64,000 nt of DNA from Octopus vulgaris (lineage: Eukaryota): NCBI GenBank assembly GCA_951406725.2, contig OX597815.1, positions 178,560,001 through 178,624,000 of the forward strand, written 5' to 3'. Below the pieces are notes generated by a model. It was not told the DNA's origin. It did no database searches and worked only from the letters and a program-made list of their open reading frames with translations. Each line of letters begins with the position of its first letter. The stretch's first letter is position 1. Shown here piece after piece: positions 1 to 14,345 of the stretch. Made by a program: the position numbers and the translations under genes.

Positions 1-320
1 TCCGCCGAGGTCGACTTTGCCTCTCATTCTTTCGGGATTCTATAAAATAAGTACCAGTTAAACACTGGGGTCGATGTAATCAACTCATCCCCCACCTCCC
101 CAAGCTGCCCTTGTGGCAAAAAATTATAAATAATTATTATTAAGGCGGTGAGTTGGCAGAATCGTTAGCTCACTGGACAAAATGCTTGACGGCCGTTTTC
201 ACGTTCTGAGTTCAAATTTCGCCGAGGTCGACTTAGACTTTTTTTCCTTCGGAGTCGACAATATAAGTATCGGCTAGCTCCCTCCCCTAAAATTTCAGGC
301 CTTTTTGTCTATAGAACTAT
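1..320 (+). mobile_element. Two tandem SINE copies, family A (GGCGG(C/T)GAGCTGGCAGAA head; GTCGACTTTGCCTTTCATCCTTTCGGGGTCGATAAA core)
   Basis: The same motif recurs many times in the window; tRNA-like B box GAGTTCAAAT. Confidence 0.85.
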
Positions 321-328
321 AGAAAAAA

Positions 329-392
<64 letters not shown>

Positions 393-1060
393 GGTGGTGG
401 TGGTAGTTGTGGTGGTGGTGCTGGTGGTGGTGTTGGTGGTAGTGGTGCTGGTGGTTCCAGTTATTATTTGAGAACGTTGGCGTTGTGTAAGGGATCCATA
501 ATTCTTTATGAAATAGCATAGAAGAAATAATGGGTTGCAAGAGAAATTCTTCCAGTTCCTGTTGTTCCCCGAGATAAAAGGCACCAGGAAATAATGAGCT
601 GTAGAGTGGAAAAGTACATTGAGGGAGATAATCTTCTATTCCGAACATCAGTGTGTGTGTGATCAGTAACCGGTGAACGAACAATAATGGAATCCAGCCT
701 TGCAGTGAAGAAGCCGGATATCGACAAATGTTACAACCACAACTTCATATTGGCGTTGAGTGAATTTCCTTCATCTTTGCATTAAAGGTATTGTAAACGA
801 CAAAATAATGTATGCAGAGAATGTTCTACTCAACTAAAACAAAAACCGAGAAGGGCAGTTTGTCATTAAAGAAATATTACACTTCCGATGTTTTCATATC
901 AGAGTTAGAAGCCATTATTGTCTTTCATTCTTGTCCTTGTTGTTGTTGTTGTTGCTGCTGTTGTTTAATTCTTAGTTCTGATCGAGCAGCATTATTTTGA
1001 AAGCCATTTAATCTGTGATAGAAGAACAGTCTCTTTTAAACATAATGTTACTTGGACATT

Positions 1061-1246
1061 ATCGAATGTATCCTTCCCATTTTAAGACGGTTAGATCATG
1101 ATTTGATGGGGATTTGGTTGATATCGAATGTATCCTTCCCATTTTAAGACGGTTAGATCATGATTTGATGGGGATTTGGTTGATATCGAATGTATCCTTC
1201 CCATTTTAAGACGGTTAGAGCATGATTTGATGGGGATTTGGTTGAT
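1061..1246 (+). repeat. 62-bp tandem repeat x3
   Basis: ATCGAATGTATCCTTCCCATTTTAAGACGGTTAGATCATGATTTGATGGGGATTTGGTTGAT starts at 1061, 1123 and 1185. Confidence 0.95.
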
Positions 1247-2194
1247 ATTTCTAACGAAATTGAACTTTGGTTGGTGATCTCAGCAGCAACTGTGAGATTC
1301 ATTCGCTCAAAAAACCGCCTTTCCATCTTTAATCCTCTTTTCTTGTTATTTAGATCTATATTCGAAGCTTTATGCTCATTGTAAATGTCAACGTTCTCCA
1401 CTTGCCACTACTACTGCTACTACCACTACTACTACTACTACTACTACTTGTTTCAGTTGTTTCGAATAATGTTATTAGGCCAGAAATTTCGGTGCCGGAG
1501 CAACATTGTGTTTATCGGTGCACGAAAGCTTAAAGACACTTATGGACCCCGGAAGGGTTTCTGTCACAAACACAAGAATAGATATTTGGAGGATGGGCGG
1601 GTGGGGGTGGGGCTGTTGTTTATATCGACTGCTTCTACATTTCCTCGGTTCCTGAACGATGAAACGCAAAATTGAGCACAACAAGATTTTTACCCAGAAA
1701 ACAAACAACACGAATGGACACGACAAGACATTTTATGAGGTCACTCTAACAATTCTGTGAATGAAGCGTCTTCAAATACAATAATAGGATGACCTGACAT
1801 AAATAAAAGCTATTTTAGAAATATATATATATATATATTTGATTTGATTGACTTTAGTGTCTGATGCGTGTTAAAAGCGAAAATTACAAAAATTTGGTAC
1901 TGCAGCTTTCTTCGTGGCCTCGCCTGATTTGGAGTCTTAAAACCAGACACAAGCTTTCATGTACAATGCGCCAGTCAATAAGGTATATTTGCTTCCACCA
2001 ATCAGTTTGGGCTTCCTTTACTTCAACTATTTTTGGCCTATCGACCCCTTTGATTCTATTTTACTTGGATGGACCCGTCTGGTCATTCGATGTTTTAAAA
2101 AATCCCATTATATTTTTAGATTCAAATATTATTAAAAGTTGTAATTAAAAATTGTTCAAAATCTTTTGTGTATTGCAGAAATGTAACTAATATA

Positions 2195-2412
2195 TTCTTT
2201 TATTTGTTTCAGTCATTTGACTGTGGCCATGTTGGAGCACTGCCTTTAGTCGAACAAATCGACCTCGGGACTTATTCTTTGTAAGCCCAGTATTTATTCT
2301 ATCGGCCCCTATTGCCGAACCGCTAGCTTACAGGGACGTAAACACACCAACATCGGTTGTCAAGCGACGGTGAAGGGACAAACACAGACACACAAACACA
2401 CACACACACATA

Positions 2413-2477
<65 letters not shown>

Positions 2478-2635
2478 ATGGGCTTCTTTCAATTTCTATC
2501 TACCAAATACACTCACAAGGCTTTGGTCGGCCCGAGGCTATAGTAGAAGACATTTGTCCAAGATGCCACGCAGTGAGACTGAACCCGGAACCATGTAGTT
2601 GGTAAGCAAGTTAGTTACCACACACCCACTTCTGC
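2195..2635 (-). mobile_element. Bipartite SINE family B/C with internal (TA)n(TG)n linker
   Basis: B: GGCTGTGTGGTAAG..CACCTTGGGCAAGTGTCTT (CORE-like)..GGAAACTGAAAGAAGCCCG; C: CGCTTGACAACCGATG..GACTGAAACAAGTAAAAGA. Confidence 0.85.
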
Positions 2636-2756
2636 TCAAGAATACAACGCATCACTCGGTCCAAAGATGGAAACTGCACATCTTACGATCATGAGTCCAG
2701 TACCCTAACCCCTAAGCCACCCTCCTCCACAGTTAAAGCAGTAGCAAATAAATAAT

Positions 2757-2955
2757 CCTTTCTATTATAGGCACAAGGCCTGAAATTTCGGGGAGGGGAC
2801 TGGTCGATTACATCGACCCCATTGTTTCACTGGTACTTAATTTATTGACCCTGGAAGGATGAAAGGCAAAGTCAACCTCGGCTGTATTTGAACTCAGAAC
2901 GTAGCTAGACATTTCACCCGGTGTGCTTAACGATTCTGCCAGCTCGCCGCCTTAA
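2757..2955 (-). mobile_element. SINE family A
   Basis: Reverse complement of the family A head and core. Confidence 0.85.
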
Positions 2956-3669
2956 TAAAATGCATATTAACTAAAAAATATATGTATAAATTCTGGATGG
3001 AAGGCCTCCACTTGGAACGCCTCCACGACGATGTTAAGTAATTTGGGGTCAAGATAGAAAAGAATGGCGCAATCAAGGTAGAACTGGAAGTGCATTGTGG
3101 CCAGCGGTGTAATACAGCATCTGATGTTCTGGTTGATACCGTGATATTGTGTTGACTGTGTATAATATATATGTTTCCGAAGAAACCTATTCTCCAAGGT
3201 CAAGAGAATATCAAGGGTTTTCAAATATTTCGAAGACCATCGTTCATATGAATCCATGGAAAACCATTTTTTCCCATTGCATAATCCTGGAAGGAGATAT
3301 TCTATAAGTGAAGCACCGTGGAATGGGACCATTCACAGCTACCAACAACAACAATAATAAAACAGTTTAACAACGGAACACCAGGTAGATCAAGCAATAA
3401 ATCATAGGGTGTAAAAAATTTGGTTTTAAAATTTCTTTGGATGGAAAAAGTCGAAGGATACCCGTGGGGCTCATCACGTAAGCAACAATAATAATGTTTC
3501 CTTTTAAGGGCCACAAGAGACCAAGATGCTGGCAAAGTGGAAAAATGAAATATTGAGGCAAACAGCAAATAAAAAGTTGTTGGATATTAATATGGAGTAA
3601 AAACATTATCCCCAAAGTGTTAATGTTATTTTTGTTGTAGTTATTGTTGTTGTTCGTAGTTGTGTTGTG

Positions 3670-3965
3670 AAGGCGCATTGTTAGTGGTTTGGGTATTCGA
3701 CTGACAAGCGTAGGGTCAGGAGTTCAATTCCTGTCTACGAGTTGAGTCCTTGAGCAAGACACTTTATTTCACGTTGCTCCAGTCCACTCAGCTGGCAAAA
3801 ATGAGTTGCACCTGTATTTCAAAGGGGCCAGCCTTGTCACATTCTGTGTCACGCTAAATCTCTCTGAGAACTACGTTAAGGGTACACGTGTCTATGGAGT
3901 ACTCAGGCTATTCCGTTGATCGGATCAACTGGAACCTACATCGTCGTAACCGACGGAGGACCAGT
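3670..3965 (+). mobile_element. tRNA-headed SINE with CORE-like TCCTTGAGCAAGACACTT motif
   Basis: A box TAGTGGTT, B box GAGTTCAATTCC, then the CORE-like segment. Confidence 0.7.
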
Positions 3966-4094
3966 GGTGGTGTTGGTGGTAGTGCTACAAGCTTATTCGA
4001 CTTTTCGCTGATCTTCTCCAAGCTGATTTAGTTTTCTATTCCATTGCATTCCAGTTCTATATTTAAGAGACGAGGAATTATGTACATATGCCCA

Positions 4095-4352
4095 CGGGCA
4101 TATGGCGTAGTGGTTAAGAGCGCGGCCTACTAACCCCAAGATTCTGAGTTCGATTCCAGGCAGTGAGCTGAATAATTATAATAATAATAATAATAATAAC
4201 AACAACAACAACAACAACAACATCGAAAAATACTTTAGGAATGAGAACCGAGGTTCAAAATTTCTCCAAGACACCTGAAGAAGGCTGAAGGGTTAACAAC
4301 AAACAAAATAAGAACAAATATCCGTCAAATGTAAATAATGTAAATAATGTTC
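4095..4352 (+). mobile_element. tRNA-headed repeat with truncated hammerhead-like CTGAAGAAGGCTG (related minus copy 20160-20295)
   Basis: TGGCGTAGTGGTTAAGAGCG..GAGTTCGATTCC head. The CCAAGACACCTGA(A/T)GAAGGCTG segment is shared with 20240-20275. Confidence 0.65.
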
Positions 4353-5094
4353 CATTGCATTCTCTTCTCATTTTTGTTATTGCTACTGTCCCTTATGTTG
4401 TTCCTAAAACCGTTAGGAACGGTAATTCTTTCTTGTTCCTATTGGTGCCATTTTTCATCTCACCGCTACTTTGTCCCAGATCATTATCGGTGTTGTCAGA
4501 GTTAACGCCTACGCATTTCGTATATTTCTCCGACAAATCTCCGGAAAAATTATTTTTCGCCATTGACAAGCAAAAAAAAACTTTCAAAGCAGATGACAGC
4601 AAAATTGTTACGGCTGCAGTAACCAACAAACCTTTCCACCAACCCACCAACTTCCCCCCACACACACAGACAGCCCCTGCCATTCCTTTCCTCATAAACA
4701 AAACTTATTGGCATTTTAAATTTAAAATATAAAAAAAAAAAGATGTCAGGTAGTTGTAGACAACGAGTAAAATCAATTCTCTCTCTCTCCTGTAATTAGA
4801 GGACGCGTTTCGGAAATGATGATGATGACGACGACGATGCTGTTGCTGATGATGATGACGAGGAGGAGGAGGAGGACAATGACGATGATGATGGTTGTGA
4901 TGGTGGTGGCGGTGGTAGCGGCGGTGGCGGCGGCGGTGGCGGCGGTGGCGGTGGTGGCGGTGGTGGTGGTGGTGGTGATGTCGGCTTTATAAAATCAAAA
5001 CTGTTGACAAGTGGGTATAAGCACCACGCCGGGGCTGTAACTGGGGGAGAAAATGTAACGATTCCTTGAGACTTTGCAGTATATACAGAACGAA

Positions 5095-5390
5095 CCATAA
5101 AAGAGCAGAAGCATTAAAGTCTATTTATTGGTTGACATGAGCATACCTTGTGACCATAATATCTCGGCAAAAGACTTTGCAAATATAAAGATTTCCTGAT
5201 TGAAATCGAAAAAATGTGGAATCTCAAGAAGGTTATAATACCAGTGATTGTAGGAGCACTTGGAACGATCAAAAAAAGGAACTGAAAATTATTTGAGATT
5301 GATCCCTGGTTTACCTTCCCTGCAAGAAGTCAAAAAGATTGTTTTAACTGGAGTGTCACACGTATTGAGAAGAGCATTGTCACTGAGAAA
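5095..5390 (+). mobile_element. R4/Dong-type LINE restriction-like endonuclease C-terminal fragment
   Basis: YLLVDMSIPCDHNI...KYKDFLIEIEKMWNLKKVIIPVIVGALGTI. Confidence 0.8.
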
Positions 5391-5841
5391 GGCAACCTTC
5401 CATGTAAATAATTCTTTGATCCATAACTTTATTTGACTTTCTAAATGGCCTGTCAATGTATACAATGAGTTTCTTTGCTTTAAGAGTCGGGAAAACAGTC
5501 AACAAGAAATGAAGATAAAATGGAAGACTCACTACATTGGTTTCAAATTTTGGTACAGGGCCAGCAGGTTTTGAGGGGAGGAGAGTTCGATTACATTAAT
5601 CCCAGTACTTGAACTCAGAACGTAAATACAATGCGCAGTAAAACAAATTATGGATGAGAAAATGCTTCCCCAAATATAGAGCAGGAAGTTTGTAACAGCG
5701 TAAAGAAGCCCGAAATATTTTAACACACCAAAGGCAAGTACATTTTTTTTCACAAATTTCGCTTCCTGCGCAAAAGCCACATATTTGGTTAAACTAGTTT
5801 AGTCTCTCTTAATGCCTCTTTCTCTGTCCTTATCTTCCTCT

Positions 5842-6012
5842 TACGTTGTGAGTTCAAATTCCGCCGAGGTCGACTTTGCCTTTCATCTTTTCGGGGTCGA
5901 TAAATTAAGCACCAGTTACGCACTGGGGTCGATGTCATCGACTTGATACCTATGTCTGTCCTTGTTTGTCCCCTCTGTTTACCTCCTTGTGGGTACTAAA
6001 GAAATAGGTATT
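5842..6012 (+). mobile_element. SINE family A (another copy at 7988-8172)
   Basis: Core plus tail TGTCCCCTCTG..CCTTGTGGGTA.TAAAGAAATA. Confidence 0.85.
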
Positions 6013-6449
6013 AGATATTGGTGAGGCTTTTAAAGCTCTGTCTTTTAAAGCCTTCAACTACATCCGCCCAACAATTCTTTCGCTAGATCCACAAAACAGA
6101 AAATGGCAAGTCACTCTTCCTTGCCAAAGAAAGGTACGGACTCGATGTTCACGATAAGCTATATCCCGTACGTAAAACGAGCTATTCGACATGAACCCAC
6201 AAATCAACAAAATATGTACGAGTGAGAGTTGAATGGTGCATAACAGACAAACTAGTGTAGTATGCATAAAGGTTTAAAAAAAACATTTAACCACGTATGT
6301 GCTTTATATAAGCACTGGTATTTCTTCAAAACAAACATCCTCGTAGTTAATAATCTAAGAGTGAGGGTAGGTCTAATGCAACGTGTCAAACAACGGCAGA
6401 TGCATGATTACTGCAGAGTGAAGGCCGAGATGCGCAATTCTAACGTAAT

Positions 6450-6607
6450 AGGAGTGGCTGTGTGGTAAGTAGCTTGCTTACCAACCACATGGTTCCGGGT
6501 TCGGTCCCACTGCGTGGCACCTAGGGCAAGTGTCTTCTGCTATAGCCTCAGGCCGACCAAAGCCTTGTGAGTGGATTTGGTAGACGGAAACTGAATGAAG
6601 CGTGTCG

Positions 6608-6678
<71 letters not shown>

Positions 6679-6890
6679 TTGTGTGTCTGCATTTGTCCCC
6701 CCAACATCGCTTGACAACCAATGCTGGTGTGTTTACGTCACCGTCACTGAGCGGTTCGGCAAAAGAGACCGATAGAATATGTACTAGGCTTACAAAGAAT
6801 AAGTCCTGGGGGTTGATTTGCTTGACTAAAGGCGATGCTCCAGCATGGCCACAGTCAAATGACTGAAACAAGTAAAAGAGTAAGAGAGTA
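6450..6890 (+). mobile_element. Bipartite SINE family B/C
   Basis: Full B + microsatellite + C. Further full or partial copies at 12060-12357(-), 17160-17290, 20378-20628, 32070-32448(-), 37615-38420, 42195-42520, 51118-51272(-), 54785-54930, 55830-55985, 58220-58400(-), 59646-59800(-). Confidence 0.85.
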
Positions 6891-7161
6891 TCGTACTCTG
6901 AGAGTGAAAACAGGTTATTGCGAAGCGGAGTAAGATGAGAGTCAGAGCTTAGCATCCTCTCACAATGTTAAGTATTGTCAAAAGGGCCTACTTCTTGATA
7001 CTAGCACCCACATAAGCAAATTCTTGCAGAATTAAATACTTTAAGAAATGTTAAGTGTAAACGATTATGTCTGAAGTATATGCTAAGCCATTCTGGGGAG
7101 AGAGCAATGAAAGAAATCACACAGTGTAAGATAAAGCAACGAGAATAACAATTCCACGAAT

Positions 7162-7228
<67 letters not shown>

Positions 7229-7254
7229 ATATGGATCCAACATGATGTTCAATA

Positions 7255-7845
7255 TATAAGAAATGTCAGAAGGAAAACAGAAAAAAAATTGACACCAGAA
7301 ACATAATCGAGCTTAACTAGCCAGGTAATTGCCACTGCAATCAATACCGATTGCACCTGTAAGGCGCTTGGAAATGATAAGATACCTGATTTCTCTTTAA
7401 ATTATAAAAGCTGTGTATAACAACAGCTTTGAGTTATCTTAAGGAACAGAAACAAAACCAACAGCCGACAGGTTCCTGAAGGGAAACAATAATAATTCCC
7501 AAAACAACAATATCAGGCCGATAATTGTAATATATAAGCGATCATAGATATACTTTCCGGCAGAAACATAACAACATCTTACAAGAAGAGCAGAAATGAA
7601 GTCGGGGGAAGTATACGAAGATTTAATGATAAACGAAACAGTTACCGAAGACAATGGAATAGCAAGCGTCTAAGTATGGTTTTCATTGATTATCGAAAAG
7701 TCTTTCAATTTCCTGTATATGAGAGATATTCTATACAAATAAAGAGACCCTAATTCTAAGGAAATTCATTAAACTACACTATTTCAAAAAAGGAAAACAG
7801 AATAAGAATTTTTGCAGGGACGCTCTACTCTCATCACTCTCATCT
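7255..7845 (+). mobile_element. Degraded R4/Dong-type reverse transcriptase fragment
   Basis: Remnants of KAxGxDKI, RPI, IDYRKxF and a QG(D)xL-like motif, in order, with frameshifts. Confidence 0.55.
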
Positions 7846-8172
7846 AACCCACCCCTACCCGATTCACAAATCCGTTGGAACATACCAAAATCTTGGTTTA
7901 GTGACTTCTCTATATATAAACATACATACATGCGTACATACATGTACATATACGTGCTATATATATATATATATATATGTGTGTATAGCCGTATTTCGTC
8001 TGCTGTTACGTTCTGAGTTCAAATTCCGCCGAGGTCGACTTTGCTTTTCATCCTTTTGGGGTCGATAAATTAAGTACCAGTTACGCACTGGGGTCGATGT
8101 AATCGACTTAATCCGTTTGTCTGTCCCTGTTTGTCCCCTTTATGTTTAGCTCCTTGTGGGTGATAAAGAAAC

Positions 8173-8214
<42 letters not shown>

Positions 8215-8231
8215 TCACACATGCACACAAA

Positions 8232-8447
8232 CGAGGGCGTACTGAAAAGCTCCTGGCTTTAAGGCTATCGCGAAAGGTCCGGTTGGAGGCCCAGCTTTTC
8301 GAGTTCTTTTATAGGGCTTAGAAAAAGTGAGGAATAGCCGGAATAAGTGTGTGAATCTGAGAGGAGAAGATGTTGAATAAAATCTTGATTAACTGATCCT
8401 CCCGTATTTTCTTTTACCCAAAACCAGGAATCTTTCAGCACCCCTCG
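8232..8447. mobile_element. Mariner-type MITE
   Basis: ~29-bp TIRs CGAGGGCGTACTGAAAAGCTCCTGGCTTT / AAAACCAGGAATCTTTCAGCACCCCTCG, with TA at the right flank. Confidence 0.8.
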
Positions 8448-8699
8448 TATATATATATATATATATCGTATAAATATAAATGAGGTTATGATTCCCATTT
8501 TCAAAAAGTGACGATTGTTGCCGATGTGCATGTGTGTGAGTGTGTGTTAACCCCGAAACATTAAATACAAGGTAAGCCTACATAAATTCGCGTATTTTCT
8601 TCATGTCATTTACCTTGCATTTACTTCGCATTGTTTTCGCCTTACCCACAATCCTTTATACAATGTATTCTACACAATGCTTCATTGTAATTATTCCAC

Positions 8700-9915
<1,216 letters not shown>

Positions 9916-10496
9916 GTAAACAGTAAAAATAATTACAGACATGGACAAGAACATGAAACGCCACAGAGACGACACAAGAACCACAGGACGGGACATTCGA
10001 AGCCCTCAGTCATCAGTCAAGAACCAGATCATCTTAGCAATTTCGGCTGATTAATCTTGAGATTGCTCCGATATGGCAGCCGCCACGGGAAATCTAAGCC
10101 AAGTGCATTAGATCCCTGGAAGAAAGCTTCGAATGTATACAACACGAGGACGGAAAACGAACGAAGTACACGAACAAAAATACAGAATACGTGACAACAA
10201 TAAGAATACAAAAACGTAAAAGCAATAACGGTAAAAATAAAGTATAAAAAATAAACAACAAAACAAAACCAGGACGTAGGACAAGGGTCTTTCGACAGGA
10301 CGAATTGAGCATGGGGCTAGCTTATGAAGTTTTGCCTAATGGCCACAGGGAGACGAACAAGTACGTGTTGCTTCAACGGCTGCTGGAACGAAAAGAGCGT
10401 TCAACAGCGGCTAGCGGTCACGTGAGAACAAAAGACAAGAGAAAGGGACAGATGAAAAGAGAGAGAAGGTGGACGAGGGAGGAGAAGAAAGAGACG

Positions 10497-10527
<31 letters not shown>

Positions 10528-12689
10528 GTATATATATATGTATATATATATATGTATATGTATATATATATATGTATATGTATATATATATATGTATATA
10601 TATATGTATATATATATGTATATATATATGTATATATATATATATATGTATATATATATGTATATATATATATATGTATGTATATATGTATATATATGTA
10701 TGTATATATGTATATGTATATATATGTGTATATATATATGTATGTATATATGTATATATATATATGTATGTATGTATAAACAAACCCTCACACAGGGAGA
10801 AAGAGAGAAAGACTTTCATAAATACACATATACGGAATGTAGAGTTATATACACACATAACGTGTGTGTATGTGTGAGTGCTTAGATAGAAATATATGTG
10901 TGCGTACGCACGCTCGTGTGCCTGGTTATGTATGAGCTTATGAGTGTATCTTGTATAAATATACTTGTTGAGAATGTGCAAGTGTGCACGCGCATGTGTG
11001 TGTGTCTGTGTGTCTGTGCGGGAGTGTGAGGGGGGAGAGTGTGTGTGTGTATGTGTTTATAAGTGCGTGTTTCTGGACGTAATCATCCATCTTTGTTGTC
11101 TTGACAATTTTTGTCGTACACTTGTCAAAGCGAAACGTCGGTTGATTAATTCTGGATATCTGTGTAGACTATAAGCGGTTTGGAGAGCATCGGTCGCCCT
11201 GGATACATCGTTGCTAAATGTGACAGAGCCAGACGGAAATCGCTCTACCTTGATTATCAATACTATCTGGAGGATTTAATCCAAAATTACTTGAAATCAA
11301 GTTAGATGAAGTATATAAGAATGAATCTATGTGTCCATGTATGTATATTCAGATATATCGATATATATATATAATTCATATATATATATACATATAAATC
11401 TGTATGCGTATATATTTATATATACGTGTGTGTGTGTGTGTGTGTATACACTTGTGTGTGTGTGCACATATATATATATATATATACCCAAAATTTAGAG
11501 GACTGACCACTGAAAGTGGACAACCTGTATACTAGATATAGACGTCAAAATCGCCATTTTCCACGTAGAATGTGTTCTCAAGAAAACATTCAACAAAAAC
11601 CAAAGTGTAAAAATAAGCAAGACAAATGAAAATATACTAGGCCACTGGTTTTAATTGATTAATATCAATTTCTACCCTTATTTAATTTTACATATATATA
11701 TATATATATATATATATAAATCAAAATAAGCAACAAGGATATCCAGAGGTAATGCAGTACAATCGTTTCATGCAACTCCGTTTAATTCAACAATGCAGTG
11801 ATTACTTCAATTTAAAATGCAGAGCAATCTTCACCTGCACAAAAACATAGAATTTAATTAAATTAGAACACATGGACACATTAGTATAATTATACCTAAA
11901 ATCTCCAAGAAGTTAAGGAGATAGACAAAGAACATGCTATCTCACTCCAGCATAGAAGTTACTAAGTGTGAGTGCTTAGATAGAAATATGTGTGCGTATG
12001 CACGCTCATGTGCCTGGTTATGTGTGAGCTTATGAGTGTATCTTGTATAAATATACTTGTAGAGCACCGCCTTTAGTCGAGTAAATCGACCCCAGGACTT
12101 ATTCTTTGTAAGCCTTTTACTTATCCTATCGGTCTCATTTGCCGAACAGCTAGGTGACGGTGTCGTAAACACACCAGCATCGGTTGTCAATCGATGTTGG
12201 GGGTGGTGGCAAACACAGACACACAATCATATACATATATATACGACAGGCTTCTTTTGGTTTCCATCGACCAAATCCACTCACAATGCTTTGGTCGGCC
12301 CGAGGCTATAGTAGAAGACACTTGCCCAAGGTACCTCGCAGTGGGACTGAACCCAGAATTATGTCTCCCATATGGGAGCCAGACATTTTTTCAATTTTGC
12401 ACTGCTCAAAGTGCTTAAATTTCTTTGTTGAAGAACAGTATGTTTTGAAAACAACAGTCCTTCTTTTCAATTTTTCAACACTAGGTGAGGGTGATATTTT
12501 TATATCATTCCCCTCTTCTTTCATTTTTCAAAAAGCTCGGAGAGCTATTCCTTTGTCAGTTCGACGTTTTCAGTAGCCACCGCGGTAACTACTGAAAATT
12601 TCTTAATTTGCTCTTACAGTGAATTTTTCTCTGAAATTATTTCGACCGACATATTCATTCGAAATAAATTTATACGCAATTTAATCCCA

Positions 12690-13095
12690 GAAAACGGGAA
12701 ACCTATAATTTTTTACTTTTTTTTCCCCTCTCAACGAGGACAACAGTTCAACCGCCCCCCCTTGGGGAGCGAGACGTAACAAGAAAGCCTACAACGGTCG
12801 AAATTAAATTTTTCGCACAATAATAAAAATACGGTATCCCAAAAAAACGGGAAACCTATAATATGTTTTTTTTTCTTTTCCTCACAACGAGGACAACAGT
12901 TCAAATCTTACCCCCGCTAGGGCGGGATGTCACAATAAAGCCTACAACGGCTAAAATTAAATTTTTCACACAATAATAAATTAGTTATCTCAAAAAACAG
13001 GAAACCTATATTTTTTTTTCCTCTTAATGAGGATAACAGTTCAAATCCCGCCCCCACTGGGCGGGGAACGACAATAATGCCTACAACGGCTTTAA
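12690..13095 (+). repeat. ~150-bp diverged tandem repeat x3
   Basis: AAAAC(G/A)GGAAACCTATA..GAGGA(C/T)AACAGTTCAA..GCCTACAACGG recurs at ~12690, 12844 and 12994. Confidence 0.85.
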
Positions 13096-13874
13096 CAAGT
13101 TCAATATTTCAACAATTCACAACTGCAAAAATGGCTTTACACAAACAATTATTTTCTCCTGTCACCGGGAAAAAAGCACAAAAATTTTCAAAGTTTCAAA
13201 GTTCAACAATGTTCAACAGTTCGAAAATGTTCAACAATAAACAGTCAATAATTCCAACAGAAAAATTATCCAACGTTCGACTCACCGCCTAAAAAACACG
13301 TCTAACCACGAGACAGGTAAATAGGCTACTTTATTTCAAAAGTTTTACCATTAAGGCATTATACAGAGTAGCTTTGCGGACAGGACAACAACATTAATGA
13401 GATGAATGATAAAAAAAGATGAAAATAATATTGATGGGAGAAGACAAAAACGCCCGCCGATTTTTACTTCTCTAATACATTATTATTTTTTAAAACACAA
13501 AATGAGGTATTAAACCTCTTACTTTAATTTAACAAATCTTCTTTTGTCTTTCACACAAAAATGAGGCAATAAACCTCTTACACTTTACTGAGACACCAAT
13601 TCTCTTGCAGCCTCCTGGTAATGGTGCAGCCGCAATTCAGGTCTCCAAACAAAATAACTGGGATCTTTTCGGTTTGAACGGCAGTTTTTTTTAAATAATT
13701 TCCACGTAACTTAACACTTTTAAACTTCGTATACTGGTAGAATGTGTTTATAAAACATCTTTTTCTCTTGGCTTTATTGAGAAAATTCTATAGTTTGTAA
13801 GATATTTGTTGTTTTTTTTCTTTAATTTCTGCAATTTCAACCAATCAATGACGTCTATTGAGGTGAAAACATTC

Positions 13875-14345
13875 TGTGTCCCCCCAGAAAACTCCTTACG
13901 AAGTCTTCAACAACCCCTCCCCTGAAATAGAATACCACATATTCTTTAATTTCCCTAGGAGGGTCCACCTCTTCCTCTGTCGGTGGCACGATTCCCACCA
14001 AAGAGACCTCGGGACATGCCGGCGGTGCATTGCACACCTCCGGCACTGTCCCGTTCTTTTTTTTTTCTTTTTCAACTTTGTTGCGGGAGGGGCTGGCTCC
14101 TTCGCCATATCCTCAGGAACCTCGCCTCCACCCGCAACCTTGGGATCCCTCGGGGAGCAACCATTGTTCCTCCCCTTCTTCCTCTTTCTCCCCTTTTTCC
14201 GGCGGAGGTTACTCCCTCCTCCTCCATCTCTCCTTCCGGGAAAGAAGGGGGAGGGGGTTCTTCCACAACTAACTGCTCCAGGATTCTGCTCTGGTCGTGG
14301 GGACAGTTTTTCTTAATGTGGCCAACCATTTTTGTCAGCTAAGAC
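13875..14345 (-). mobile_element. GC-rich retroelement gag/ORF1-like remnant
   Basis: GHIKKNCP is the distal half of a CCHC zinc knuckle, followed by Pro/Glu/Lys-rich sequence; frameshifted. Confidence 0.4.

Noticed and set aside
4095-4170. Functional tRNA genes at SINE heads (also 3680, 22870, 31690)
   Set aside because: Acceptor stems do not close and each continues into a repeat body.
4355-4732. Overlapping 125-aa and 102-aa hydrophobic ORFs
   Set aside because: No recognisable motif or splice context; likely a decayed repeat.
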